Shown piece by piece: positions 30,642-40,179 of a stretch of DNA of 64,000 nt (position 1 is its first letter; each line of letters starts with the position of its first letter). The DNA lies in the NCBI GenBank assembly GCA_043808155.1, contig JAZDFD010000016.1, positions 1 to 64,000 of the forward strand, written 5' to 3'. This DNA comes from Candidatus Iainarchaeum sp. (lineage in GTDB: Archaea > Iainarchaeota > Iainarchaeia > Iainarchaeales > JAZDFD01). A program made the translations under genes and the position numbers. Below the pieces are notes generated by a model. The model was given only the letters and a program-made list of their open reading frames with translations, did no database searches and was not told where the DNA came from.

Positions 30642-30998
30642 ATGGTCAAGGTTATGTCAAATTTCACACCTTTAAGAATGAAACTTTCAAGAAGGACACC
30701 AGTACAGTTATATGTTGAGGTTTCAAATGACGAAGCTGAAAACAAAATGGTTTCATTGTACATTAATTTAAGCAAAGATATCAGTTTTGAAAAGGGCGGG
30801 TTCAAAACAGATACTGTTGAAAGACTGTCTTCATTAAAGCCAGGTGAAACCAAACGATTCTATTATGAGTTACACCCCAAACCACATCTTAATTATGGTG
30901 AACACAATGTGAAAGTTACTCTTTTAGATCATTATATTTCGTTTGATAACGTTAAAAATGAAAAAATAAGAAATATGTCTTTAATGGTTGAGGAATAA
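30642..30998 (+). CDS. Hypothetical beta-sandwich (CARDB/Ig-like) protein
   Basis: Alternating beta-strand pattern, with V.N and LKPGETK motifs. Confidence 0.55.
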   Translation: MVKVMSNFTPLRMKLSRRTPVQLYVEVSNDEAENKMVSLYINLSKDISFEKGGFKTDTVERLSSLKPGETKRFYYELHPKPHLNYGEHNVKVTLLDHYISFDNVKNEKIRNMSLMVEE

Positions 30999-31003
30999 TT
31001 CAT

Positions 31004-31885
31004 TTATTTCTCTTCCAAATAAAGCTCTGCTTTGTCAATTAGTACATTCCATAATCGTACTGTAAAGTTTCCCCGTTCCCAGTCGTCTTTTAATGGAATT
31101 TCAAGCCAGCCTTCAAAATCTTTTTCAATTTCCTCTGCAGATTTGCATTCAGAAGGTATGGTTGTGTCTTTGCAGATTGAATTGTCTTTATAGAAATAAT
31201 ACAAATCATAGTGATATCTGTTGTCCTTTCTGTATGCGCCTTGTTTTACAAATAATCTGAGAGTTGCATCATAATTATCCGAATCATACTCTGAAGTATC
31301 AAATTCAAGTGCTAATGAATCAAAATATTTGCCTGATGTTGACGTTAAGAAATATTCTCTTGGGACGGTTCCGCATGGTTCTTTGCTTGAGCAGTTTGGT
31401 GCGAAAATGTCATCTAATTCAGAAACATCATCTAAAACATCAAATTCTTTAGTTCCTGTTCCGTCCTGATCCTGGATTGCTTCTGCTTTTACGGGTTCTA
31501 ATGTGATTTTATTATTTGTGATATTTTGGTTTCCAGTATTTTCTGAATTTTTATTTGAAGCAAAATTGTCAATAGAAAGATATTCTCCAGAAAATAATCC
31601 TGTTATTTGTGAATCATTTGCCTGCGCATTCAAATTAAGAGCAAACACAAGAACCCCAATCATGGTCAATGCGAGTGCGAGAAGTAAAAATGATGAAACA
31701 AGTCCTTGTCCTGAATCAATGGACTCTTTTTTCTTATCTATTTGACCTTTTGAACCTGCAATTTGACCCTTAGATGAATCAATGGATCCTTTAGAAGAAT
31801 TAATCTGTCCGTCTGAACCTGCAATTTGACCCTTAGATGAATCAATCTGTCCTTTAAATTTACTAGGTTTAGTTCCTTCTCCCAT
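31004..31885 (-). CDS. Membrane-anchored protein with N-terminal heptad KGQI repeats
   Basis: Six KGQIxxS-type units precede SGQG plus a hydrophobic helix; the predicted extracellular domain contains Cys pairs. Confidence 0.7.
   Translation of the reverse strand: MGEGTKPSKFKGQIDSSKGQIAGSDGQINSSKGSIDSSKGQIAGSKGQIDKKKESIDSGQGLVSSFLLLALALTMIGVLVFALNLNAQANDSQITGLFSGEYLSIDNFASNKNSENTGNQNITNNKITLEPVKAEAIQDQDGTGTKEFDVLDDVSELDDIFAPNCSSKEPCGTVPREYFLTSTSGKYFDSLALEFDTSEYDSDNYDATLRLFVKQGAYRKDNRYHYDLYYFYKDNSICKDTTIPSECKSAEEIEKDFEGWLEIPLKDDWERGNFTVRLWNVLIDKAELYLEEK
31730..31855 (-). repeat. Tandem 21-bp coding repeat, 6 degenerate units
   Basis: Encodes KGQIDSS-KGQIAGS-DGQINSS-KGSIDSS-KGQIAGS-KGQIDKK. 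The 33-bp block ATTGATTCATCTAAGGGTCAAATTGCAGGTTCA occurs twice, 63 bp apart. Confidence 0.85.
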
Positions 31886-32043
31886 ATCAAATTTGCATCT
31901 AACCAGTATATATATGTTATGTATACCTTATTTTCACACGCTTTCTTGGACGGATTCAAATTCCATTACAAAATTACATTTTTTTCACATGTCTGTCAAT
32001 AGAATTTTAAGGATACCTCCTAATGATTATTTAGTGATTTTTT

Positions 32044-33456
32044 TTGAATCAAAGAGTATTGCTAATTTATCCAACTTATAAAATTTTGATGGTTGCAGAT
32101 GATGTTGTAAGTGCACCTGTAGTCGCACCTAATCTTGGTTTAGCATATGTAGCTGCATCTCTGGAACAGAATAACATTCCTGTGGACCTTCTTGATGCAA
32201 ATTCTTTACAATCTACATTACCTGAAATACTTGACAAAGTTCGGGAATTTAACCCTACTATTATCGGTCTGGGATGTATAACACCTACTGCAAAAATTTG
32301 TGTAGAACTTACAAAAAGACTGAAAGAATCCTTTCCAAACATAAAAATTGTTATTGGCGGGGTTCATGCTTATTTTAAAGCAGATGAACTTATTCAGGAA
32401 AAAACTATTGATTTTGTTATTAGAGGAGAAGGGGAGTACGTTTTCCCTCAACTAGTAAACGCTCTTGATAAAAAAATGCCACTTGGCGGTGTTAAAGGAC
32501 TTGTTTACAAATCCGGGGGTAAAGTGTTTGATAATGGTTTTGCAGATAGAATAATCGATTTGGATAAATTACCATTTCCAGCGAGACATTTACTACCAAA
32601 TGAACTTTACAGTTCTCCTGGTTTGATAAAAGTCGGAGGAAAACCATTTGGGAGTATGATAACTTCAAGGGGCTGCCCCTTTTCATGTAATTATTGTGCT
32701 TCAGCAGAATTATGGAAAAGAAAAGTAACATTTCATTCTGCAGATTACGTGTTAAAAGAATTAGATCAAATGGTTGAAACTCTCAAAATAAAATATTTGC
32801 ATTTTTATGATGACACATTTAGTGTTAGACCTGACCGTGTTATGGACATCTGTAATGGGATGATTGACAGAGATTATAATTTGAAATGGGCAATTGAATT
32901 GAGAGTAAAAGGCGTAGATGAAAAAATGCTTGAAAAGTTAAAAGAAGCTGGCTGCGTAGGACTTTACTTTGGAATTGAGTTTGGTTCACAAAGAATTCTT
33001 GATCTTACAGAAAAAGGAATTACTATTGAAGATATTAAAAAAATGATGACATTAGTTGACAAAGTTGGCGGTTTTAATGTACAGGGATTTTTTATGATGG
33101 GTTATCCAACTGAAACAAAAGAAGAAATATTGCAAAGTATTGAACTTGCAAAGAGTTTGAATTTCCACAGTATTGGATTTTCTATAGTGACTCCTTTTCC
33201 TGGTACACATCTTTATGATTATTGTGAAAAAAATAATTTGCTTGTTTCAAAAGATTGGAATAAATATAATCTTAAAGTCCCCAGAATGCTTATTAAAAAT
33301 CCAAATTATACTGAAGAAGAACTAAAAGCCCTTTTTTCAAAAGGTTATCATGATTTTTATATAAGACCATCTTACATTGCCAAAATGATTGCATCAATCA
33401 GAACAATAGATGAAGCAAAATACTATTTCTCACAGGGCATGAGAATGATAAAATAA
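32044..33456 (+). CDS. Cobalamin-binding-domain radical SAM protein (class B methyltransferase-like)
   Basis: PNLGLAYVAA, IGGVH, RGEGE, TSRGCPFSCNYC (CxxxCxxC), DDTF, GIEFG, TPFPGT. Confidence 0.92.
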   Translation: MNQRVLLIYPTYKILMVADDVVSAPVVAPNLGLAYVAASLEQNNIPVDLLDANSLQSTLPEILDKVREFNPTIIGLGCITPTAKICVELTKRLKESFPNIKIVIGGVHAYFKADELIQEKTIDFVIRGEGEYVFPQLVNALDKKMPLGGVKGLVYKSGGKVFDNGFADRIIDLDKLPFPARHLLPNELYSSPGLIKVGGKPFGSMITSRGCPFSCNYCASAELWKRKVTFHSADYVLKELDQMVETLKIKYLHFYDDTFSVRPDRVMDICNGMIDRDYNLKWAIELRVKGVDEKMLEKLKEAGCVGLYFGIEFGSQRILDLTEKGITIEDIKKMMTLVDKVGGFNVQGFFMMGYPTETKEEILQSIELAKSLNFHSIGFSIVTPFPGTHLYDYCEKNNLLVSKDWNKYNLKVPRMLIKNPNYTEEELKALFSKGYHDFYIRPSYIAKMIASIRTIDEAKYYFSQGMRMIK

Positions 33457-33465
33457 ATACACAAA

Positions 33466-34053
33466 TTATTGGACACTATTTTTCCATTCCTTAATTTTAT
33501 GTTCCAATTCCAGTTGTTTAGCTGCAAGTTTATCAATTTTGCTTTCCATAGGTTTTTCAGAGTATTCTGCAGCTTTTCCTAAATACTGTTTAATTTTTTC
33601 AAAATTGTCCTCAAAAGGAAAATTGCAAGCTTTTTGTGCTATTGCAAGATCTGCTAAAGTTTCCGCAACTTCAATGTGCAACTCATACATCCTATCTTTT
33701 TTTGCTTTTGGACTTTCATACAATAAAATATGATGTTCTGCCATTTCTGAACTGTTTCTAAACATTTTCAAAGCTGATGGGTAATCCCCTATTTTCATGT
33801 AATGCAAACCTGATTTTCTAAAATGTTCAGCAGACTCTTTAAGCAACTCTAAATTAGTCTGATGACCCCCTCTTGCAAACCAAACATCATGTAGCAATTC
33901 GCCACTTGCCCTGTAATGTATTGCAGCACTATGAGAATCATTATGTTGAGGCAGTTCTGCAATGTGCGCTTTGCTTGCATATTCTGTTGCATGATTTAGT
34001 GCAAGTTTACAGTGTTTAGCGGACCTTTCCATCGGACATCTACTTATTATCAT
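33466..34053 (-). CDS. Hypothetical all-alpha (TPR/SNAP-like) protein
   Basis: 195-aa ORF with a helical A..Y..A/S pattern; GGTGA RBS upstream. Confidence 0.55.
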   Translation of the reverse strand: MIISRCPMERSAKHCKLALNHATEYASKAHIAELPQHNDSHSAAIHYRASGELLHDVWFARGGHQTNLELLKESAEHFRKSGLHYMKIGDYPSALKMFRNSSEMAEHHILLYESPKAKKDRMYELHIEVAETLADLAIAQKACNFPFEDNFEKIKQYLGKAAEYSEKPMESKIDKLAAKQLELEHKIKEWKNSVQ

Positions 34054-34105
34054 AAAATCACCATTACAATTATTGCACTACTCTTAATTTAATTATGGTT
34101 CGATA

Positions 34106-34132
34106 GTTATGTATACTAATCTTATACATAAC
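34106..34132. promoter_or_regulatory. Perfect inverted repeat GTTATGTATA-N7-TATACATAAC between divergent genes; putative DNA-binding site
   Basis: Read directly from the sequence; the half-site recurs in several other intergenic regions. Confidence 0.65.
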
Positions 34133-34178
34133 AAACACCTCAAATAACCTTAAATTCCTTCTGTTTTATGATATTTTA

Positions 34179-34532
34179 ATGGATATTGACGGTACTGTGA
34201 ATGAGCTCTGGAAAAAGGGCTATAACTGCGCTGAATGCGTATTTATGGTACTTTCAAATGAGCTTAATTTTGAGCTATCTCCGCAAATACTGAAAATGGC
34301 TAAAATCATGGGTTCTGGCTACTATTCAGGCTGTATCTGCGGCAGCCTTTCTGCCTCAATTTCCTTCTGTGCGATTTACAAAGAACCAGATTCAAAATTG
34401 GCAAAAACATTGTATGGCAAGTTCACGGAAAAGTTTGGCGCGAGTTGCTGTCGTGTGATTAGAAAGCAATGTTCGTGCACTGACAAAATCACATTCTCAA
34501 TAAACTCTGTTTTGGAAGAACTGCAGAAATAG
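34179..34532 (+). CDS. C-GCAxxG-C-C family putative redox protein
   Basis: GYNCAE, GCICGSLS and FGASCC..I motifs. Confidence 0.85.
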   Translation: MDIDGTVNELWKKGYNCAECVFMVLSNELNFELSPQILKMAKIMGSGYYSGCICGSLSASISFCAIYKEPDSKLAKTLYGKFTEKFGASCCRVIRKQCSCTDKITFSINSVLEELQK

Positions 34533-34898
34533 CACAATTCCTCTGTCTTCTACATAACATTATTCTCGCCATTTCACGCCACTTTTGATTATTCCACACC
34601 ACTTCTCAAAATGTCCAGAATACGCCTCTAGGGGCTGTTTTAGAAAAAGTGCATTTTTTAAGGTTTTGTGAAAATCCACGAAGGAATTTTGCGGTATAAG
34701 ATAGATTATATCGCATTTGGGCTGTTTTTTGAAGCATTTTTATGCCAATACTGCCATTTCAAGTGGATGCGTGGGGGTTAGTTGGTCAGATGACTGAGTG
34801 CGATATTTGAAGAGAAGTAGAGTTGTTTGTTATGTATATTCTTTATCGCATTTTGAAGGTTTTTAACTTTTTTATATCCTTTTTACAGATTTAATAAA

Positions 34899-35408
34899 TC
34901 AATTGCTTTTTTCAGGTCTGGCTCTAGCAGATTCGATTCTGTCTTTGCCTAAAGGTTTTTTATGAACATCTGAGGATGTTGCATCCTTTCTTCTTTCTCT
35001 AAATAGAATATGCCCAGGCTCGCTAAGCTCATCTTGATCACGGATAAAATTACCTATATTTTTGTGTATTTCATTTGGCTTTAAAAATCTCTTTTCTTTA
35101 TGTAACTCATAATGTTCTTTTGTAAGATCCGATTTTAATAAAAATTCCATATTTTTAGTAAGTTCGTGCCTTGATCTCGTCTCTAATATCTTAAGCTCAT
35201 TTTTCTTCTTAAGTATTTCCTTTCGCATGTCTTCTCCGCTAGCTTGTCTTTTTTGTAAACTACTAAGTCCATTTACCACACGTTTAAGTGGTTCCACGTG
35301 TTCAAACCATCTAAAATCTCCCCAAGGTATCAAAATTCCTTTGCCACCATTTCTAAGTTCGACAATAGTGCCGCGTTGTCTACAACGTCTATTTATAAAA
35401 CGAGTCAT
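34899..35408 (-). CDS. Hypothetical basic protein
   Basis: 169-aa ORF with an upstream TTTAAA TATA-like box; no recognisable motif. Confidence 0.5.
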   Translation of the reverse strand: MTRFINRRCRQRGTIVELRNGGKGILIPWGDFRWFEHVEPLKRVVNGLSSLQKRQASGEDMRKEILKKKNELKILETRSRHELTKNMEFLLKSDLTKEHYELHKEKRFLKPNEIHKNIGNFIRDQDELSEPGHILFRERRKDATSSDVHKKPLGKDRIESARARPEKSN

Positions 35409-35625
35409 TTATCTTCACAATATTAATGTGTTTTAGAACTTTAAATATGTTTTGTTATTCGTTCTAAACGTGTTATTATTGTGAATTTTTGTCCAACAAT
35501 TTGTGTGTTTGATAAAAAAGTGTCCAACAAATTGTGAGTTTATTTGCAATAACTTAATAATGGAAAAATACATTATTCTTTAATGGTAATTAAACGAATA
35601 AAAGACTTTTTTGATTTGGAAAATC

Positions 35626-36375
35626 TTATTCCACAATCAACCCAGTGCATCGCCAGTTAATTTCTGCGGTTCCTGTTTCTTCACTTACAACACAAGCAGG
35701 GTTACAGCCTTCTTTTTCCAGATTTAAATTAATCCACCATGTTTTTGTGACTTCATTATATGAAATTTCATCTGTTAAAGTTCCCTCTGCTATGCATTCG
35801 CTGGCTTCCGCAATTTCTATCGCGCTAGATTCACTTAAATGTTCAATTTCATGCATTTCACCCGCTGGAACACAATATCCCAAAGCATCTGCTATTCCTG
35901 AAGGCATTTTACAAGTATATCCTCCGGGGCATCCAAAGCCTGCAATTCCGCCGCATTCGCAAAGTTCTGCGCAAACAGTTGGGCATGCAATATCAAATCT
36001 TCCCTGATTATCAATTCCGCATTTACTTGAACATTCATTCCAATGTCCGCCAAAACCATTGCAGAATTCTTCTGACATTTCAATTACTTCTGTAAATGAA
36101 TTTCCAGAAACAGGATCTCTGCACTGCCGTGGATAACTCTCCATTACAGGGTTTCCTGCTGCAGCGCATTCATCAAAATTTGTTATTTCCTGAGTTTCAC
36201 ATGGTTCTTCCCATGTTCTCAGACATTTCTGCTTAGCTTCGCACCAAGAATAACCCGCGCTTCCAATGCAACCATGTTCATCCTTGTCTCCGCCAACTAT
36301 TTGGTTATCCGGTGTCTGAACACAGCCACTGAAAATCAATGCAAATGCTAATATTCCAATTATTAGTGCCTTCAT
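35626..36375 (-). CDS. Cys-rich modular lipoprotein
   Basis: Lipobox FSGC; modules GGDKDEHGCIGSAGYSWC, ITNFDECAAAGNPVMESYPRQC, CGGIAGFGCP and GCNPACVV...AEINWRCTG; GGAGGTG RBS. Confidence 0.8.
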   Translation of the reverse strand: MKALIIGILAFALIFSGCVQTPDNQIVGGDKDEHGCIGSAGYSWCEAKQKCLRTWEEPCETQEITNFDECAAAGNPVMESYPRQCRDPVSGNSFTEVIEMSEEFCNGFGGHWNECSSKCGIDNQGRFDIACPTVCAELCECGGIAGFGCPGGYTCKMPSGIADALGYCVPAGEMHEIEHLSESSAIEIAEASECIAEGTLTDEISYNEVTKTWWINLNLEKEGCNPACVVSEETGTAEINWRCTGLIVE

Positions 36376-36486
36376 TTTTGCACCTCCCTTTGTGGATGAA
36401 ATAATAATCAGATTAAGTATATTTAAAGAAATTCTTATTATTTGGAAATTTCCTAAGCAATAATTCCCTAATCTGTAGTTGTCTAA

Positions 36487-36843
36487 TCAGCGATATTTTT
36501 CTGCTTCACTAACTCTGATTGTTGCATAACCAAAGTCAGAATCCGGGTTAGGTCTGGTTCTCTTTCTTCTGAATTTGAAAATCATTTTTCCCATGAAACT
36601 CCCAAAGAACAACCCGAAAAGAATGCTCAGAACAACCACTAATATTGTCAGAATAATCTTCACTGGATCAAGTCCAAAAAAGCCAGAAAGCACAAAAGCA
36701 GCAGCTACTGTCCCAATAATAAAGAAAACAAATCCGCTTATAACTGCCCAGAAACTGGACATGAAAATATTCCCAAATTCTCTAACTACGCCCATAGCTT
36801 TAATGTGACTCAAAACATTATTTATTGTTTCGCTTGTTATCAT
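36487..36843 (-). CDS. Small membrane protein (2 TM helices)
   Basis: Two hydrophobic helices followed by a basic KFRRKR segment; start placed at the ATG at 36843. Confidence 0.55.
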   Translation of the reverse strand: MITSETINNVLSHIKAMGVVREFGNIFMSSFWAVISGFVFFIIGTVAAAFVLSGFFGLDPVKIILTILVVVLSILFGLFFGSFMGKMIFKFRRKRTRPNPDSDFGYATIRVSEAEKYR

Positions 36844-36847
36844 CTGA

Positions 36848-37384
36848 ATGCCAGCACTAGTTAAACAAAAAAAAGTGAAAAGACCAAAGCTAGTACGAAT
36901 TGATTTGGATAAACCAATTGCAGAGCTTGTGAGCAAAAGTGACCACAAAACATTAGGTATCTGGGCAGCTGACTGTGCTGAGCGAGTATTACATTATTTT
37001 GAAGAAAAATATCCCGAAGATAATCGCCCACGAAAAGCCATAGACGCACTCTGCACATGGGTCCAGGATGGTGTGTTTAAAATGGCAGATATACGTGGAG
37101 CGTCACTTTCAGCTCATGCAGCAGCCCGTGAAGTGAAAGAAAATGATGATGCAGCTCGCTCTGCTGCCCGTGCTACTGGTCAGGCTTTGGCGACTGCACA
37201 TGTGCCTACTCATGCCATCGGCGCTGCTGTTTACGCAGCCACTGCTGTTCGTGATGCAACCGACTCCAGTGATGCCACTAGCAAGGAACGAGATTGGCAA
37301 TATCAACACTTGCTCAATATGAACAAAACAGCTGGTGCAACCAATCCTGAAAAGCGAACGCTCTGGAGAGGCAGGAAAAAATAA
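36848..37384 (+). CDS. Imm-5-like (putative immunity) domain protein
   Basis: WAADCAERVL..FE...P.D.RPR.AI, AHAAAR, AARATGQA.ATAHV..HA and ER.WQ motifs. Confidence 0.8.
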   Translation: MPALVKQKKVKRPKLVRIDLDKPIAELVSKSDHKTLGIWAADCAERVLHYFEEKYPEDNRPRKAIDALCTWVQDGVFKMADIRGASLSAHAAAREVKENDDAARSAARATGQALATAHVPTHAIGAAVYAATAVRDATDSSDATSKERDWQYQHLLNMNKTAGATNPEKRTLWRGRKK

Positions 37385-37483
37385 AACAAGATGATTTTAG
37401 AGGAAATCTACTCTGCAAGCATTTTAAAGAGTTTAGTATGATAGTATAATAAATAATCTATTAATTATGAAAAAGGTGATTTA

Positions 37484-37768
37484 TTGAAGGTAAAAGATTT
37501 AAAGGCACGAGCCGAAGTTGATGAAATTACTTTGGAAATTGTTTCAAAGGCAGAACCAAGAGAATTTACAAATGACAGAGGGTCAGGAAGAGTTTGCAGC
37601 GCAGCTGGTAAAGATAGTACTGGCGAAGTTAGCATAACACTCTGGAACGAGCAGATTGACCAGGTTGAAGAAGGAAATAAAATAAAGATTGAAGGTGGCT
37701 GGTGTTCTGACTATCAGGGCAATTTGCAGGTTAGTACTGGTAGAAAGGGCAATCTGACTGTTTTGTAA
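37484..37768 (+). CDS. Single OB-fold ssDNA-binding protein (SSB/RPA-like)
   Basis: MKVKDL, PREF...G.V, D.TG...ITLWNE, I.GGW...YQG.LQV..GR.G; TTG start with AGGTGA RBS. Confidence 0.88.
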   Translation: MKVKDLKARAEVDEITLEIVSKAEPREFTNDRGSGRVCSAAGKDSTGEVSITLWNEQIDQVEEGNKIKIEGGWCSDYQGNLQVSTGRKGNLTVL

Positions 37769-37807
37769 TTCCAAACTGTTTTATTCTTGTTAGGCACTTA
37801 CATTAGT

Positions 37808-38023
37808 ATGTGCCTTGCTCTTACTTGTGAAGTTATTGCAGTAACTGAAAAAGAACTAATTGTGGATTTCGCAGGGGAAAAGAAAAAAGCCCTGAATTTA
37901 ACTAATGCTAAACCAGGCGACTTTGTAATTGTACAGCAGGGAATTGCAATTGAGAAAGTAAACAAAAAAGAAGCAAAAGAAAGAAAAAAAATCCTTGCAA
38001 AAGCTAAGAAACGAATTAATTAA
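37808..38023 (+). CDS. hypC: HypC/HupF hydrogenase maturation chaperone
   Basis: N-terminal MCLA, VDFAG and PGDFVIVQQGIAI motifs. Confidence 0.85.
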   Translation: MCLALTCEVIAVTEKELIVDFAGEKKKALNLTNAKPGDFVIVQQGIAIEKVNKKEAKERKKILAKAKKRIN

Positions 38024-38085
38024 GTGCTAAAAGAAAACTAATTATTGCTATAATCTAATTAATTGCTATAATTGCTAAAAGAGAA

Positions 38086-38793
38086 TTAATTAATCGCTTC
38101 TAAATTGTTTATTGTGACTTTTTTCAGAGTTTCTAATTTTTTTGTGTTTAATTTCTCGCAAAATGACTCCCAGTGAAAAGAAATCATATCTCCCTGAACA
38201 ATTTCATCACCAAAATAGTTGCGAATTTGCTTTTTAGTATCATTTCCAAACACAAATTTTTCATTTTCTAAAACTATTGGAGTGTATGAAATTTCTAGTG
38301 TGTTTGCTCTACCCCTCAAAACCTCACCCCATGAGATTTTGCATTTGTCCAGATTTTCTATTACAGTCGGTACCTTTTTTGTTAATGAGTTAATGTTAAA
38401 CACATGAAATGAATGGTGTGCCGTTACATTTTCAGGAACTTTTTCAACTAATTTTGCTGAAATCTCAGATCCTAAAAATTCAGGTTTTGAAAACTTATTT
38501 AAAATCAAATTTCTAATATCTTTCGCATAAACATTTTCCAATAATTCATTCCCAATCCAGTAAGCTTCTGCAACTCTGTAATCAAACCAATGCATTTCAT
38601 TCTTTTCAGCAATCAATCTCAGATATGCGCCCAATGCTTCAAACTTTGAAAGTGAATTTAAAATCTGCTCACCAACAAAAGAATCTTTTCCTGAAATGTA
38701 CTCCTGAATCAAATCACTTATATTTGAGGGTCCGCAGTAACCAAGTTTATTTGGCATGAATGAATAGCGGGACAAAAACTCAATATTATCCAT
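38086..38793 (-). CDS. DUF6390-like protein (hydrogenase-cluster associated)
   Basis: RYSFMPNKLGYCGP, FEA..AYL.LIA, VAEAYWIGN.LL, HHSFHV, C.ISWG and HW...C motifs. Confidence 0.75.
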   Translation of the reverse strand: MDNIEFLSRYSFMPNKLGYCGPSNISDLIQEYISGKDSFVGEQILNSLSKFEALGAYLRLIAEKNEMHWFDYRVAEAYWIGNELLENVYAKDIRNLILNKFSKPEFLGSEISAKLVEKVPENVTAHHSFHVFNINSLTKKVPTVIENLDKCKISWGEVLRGRANTLEISYTPIVLENEKFVFGNDTKKQIRNYFGDEIVQGDMISFHWESFCEKLNTKKLETLKKVTINNLEAIN

Positions 38794-39707
38794 TATTTTT
38801 CACGTGCAAGTAATTTCACTGGCATTTTTATCAATGAAATAAATTGTGAAATTCCCAGAACTAAAAGAACACCAACTAAAAGAAGTAAAAATCCAGCTGC
38901 CTGTATTATTGTAATTCCAGTTCCCAAAAATGCAAAAGAAAGTAATGCAGTAATTGGTTGCCCTAAAAGTAAAATTACTGCTGCTTTTGAAACATCAATA
39001 TATTTCAAACCTGAATACCATGAAATAACATACAAAAACAGCAAAGCAGATGTTAAAAGAACCCACTGAATCTGCATAGTTCCTAATTCAAAAATCAAAT
39101 TAAACTGATTTGTAACAATCAAAAAACCAATCATAAACAAAGAGCCAAAAAACATCCTTCCAAATGCAACTTGTGTTGCTTTAAGCTCCGTCAATACATG
39201 CTTACTCAGAACATTTTCCCCTGCCCAGAATAAAATTGCAATAAAAATTAAAATCTCTGCAAAACCAAATTCAGAAATATCTGAAAATAAAATTAAATTC
39301 CCTGCAAATAGCAAACACGCACCAATTAAGAAATTCTTACCCATTTTCTCTTTCAAAAGTACAAATGCGAACAACCCGATGAAGAGAAACATTGACTTGT
39401 GAATGAATCCCGCATTTATTGCAGACGTCATATTCAAAGCATAAAAGTAAAGCAAAAAGGGAATGCTCCCGCCAATTAATCCAATCGCCATTAGTTTAAT
39501 CCATTGAGCCTTGCTCATGGCTACCAACTTACGCCATTCTTTCAGAAGAAAAATTAATGAAATTAAAAATACACCCACAACTAGATTTTTCATTGTAGCA
39601 AAAACAAAAGGATTCATCTCTGAAACCCCGAATTTATTAATGAAAATAGACATTCCTGAAACTAAGGCAGTTATTAAAACTAAAATAAGCCCCTTATTTT
39701 GACTCAT
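38793..39707 (-). CDS. DMT/EamA-family transporter
   Basis: About 10 hydrophobic helices arranged in two repeats, with an LLKEK motif. Confidence 0.88.
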   Translation of the reverse strand: MSQNKGLILVLITALVSGMSIFINKFGVSEMNPFVFATMKNLVVGVFLISLIFLLKEWRKLVAMSKAQWIKLMAIGLIGGSIPFLLYFYALNMTSAINAGFIHKSMFLFIGLFAFVLLKEKMGKNFLIGACLLFAGNLILFSDISEFGFAEILIFIAILFWAGENVLSKHVLTELKATQVAFGRMFFGSLFMIGFLIVTNQFNLIFELGTMQIQWVLLTSALLFLYVISWYSGLKYIDVSKAAVILLLGQPITALLSFAFLGTGITIIQAAGFLLLLVGVLLVLGISQFISLIKMPVKLLAREK

Positions 39708-39758
39708 GCAAACAAATAGAAGTGAACTTTATTAAAAGCTTTAGCCAATGTTTTAGCA

Positions 39759-40145
39759 ATGAAAACCATACTAGTTTTTGGAAATCCTTTAGTAACTGAA
39801 GATGCACTGGCTCTGAAAATCGCAGACAAACTCAGCACACGTCCTGAAGTAAATGAAAAATTCAGATTTATAAAAACAGATTCTTTGGACAATTTAGAAG
39901 AATACGGTGAAAATCTTCTGATTTTAGATGTTGCAGCAAATATAAAAAAAGTTGAAATAATAACTGATTTGAAGATGCTGGAGCAGAATAAAATTTACTC
40001 AATGCACGATTTTGACCTGGGTTTTAATTTGAAACTTCTGAAGAAATTAGGGAAAATAAAATCCGTGAAAATAATCGCAATTCCAATGAATTATTCTGAA
40101 AAACAAGCACTCACTGAAATAAAAGAAAAACTCAACTCCATTTGA
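39759..40145 (+). CDS. Degenerate hydrogenase maturation protease (HycI/HybD-like)
   Basis: VFGNPL..ED, LILD and SMHDF motifs; adjacent to the hydrogenase genes. Confidence 0.75.
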   Translation: MKTILVFGNPLVTEDALALKIADKLSTRPEVNEKFRFIKTDSLDNLEEYGENLLILDVAANIKKVEIITDLKMLEQNKIYSMHDFDLGFNLKLLKKLGKIKSVKIIAIPMNYSEKQALTEIKEKLNSI

Positions 40146-40179
40146 AACTTAAAATCTTCAAATCGTTCTGAAACGAAAT

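Noticed and set aside
34106-34132. Inverted repeat as a Xer dif site
   Set aside because: The arm orientation (TTATG...CATAA) is the reverse of dif (CATAA-N6-TTATG) and no recombinase gene is nearby; it is kept only as a generic binding site.
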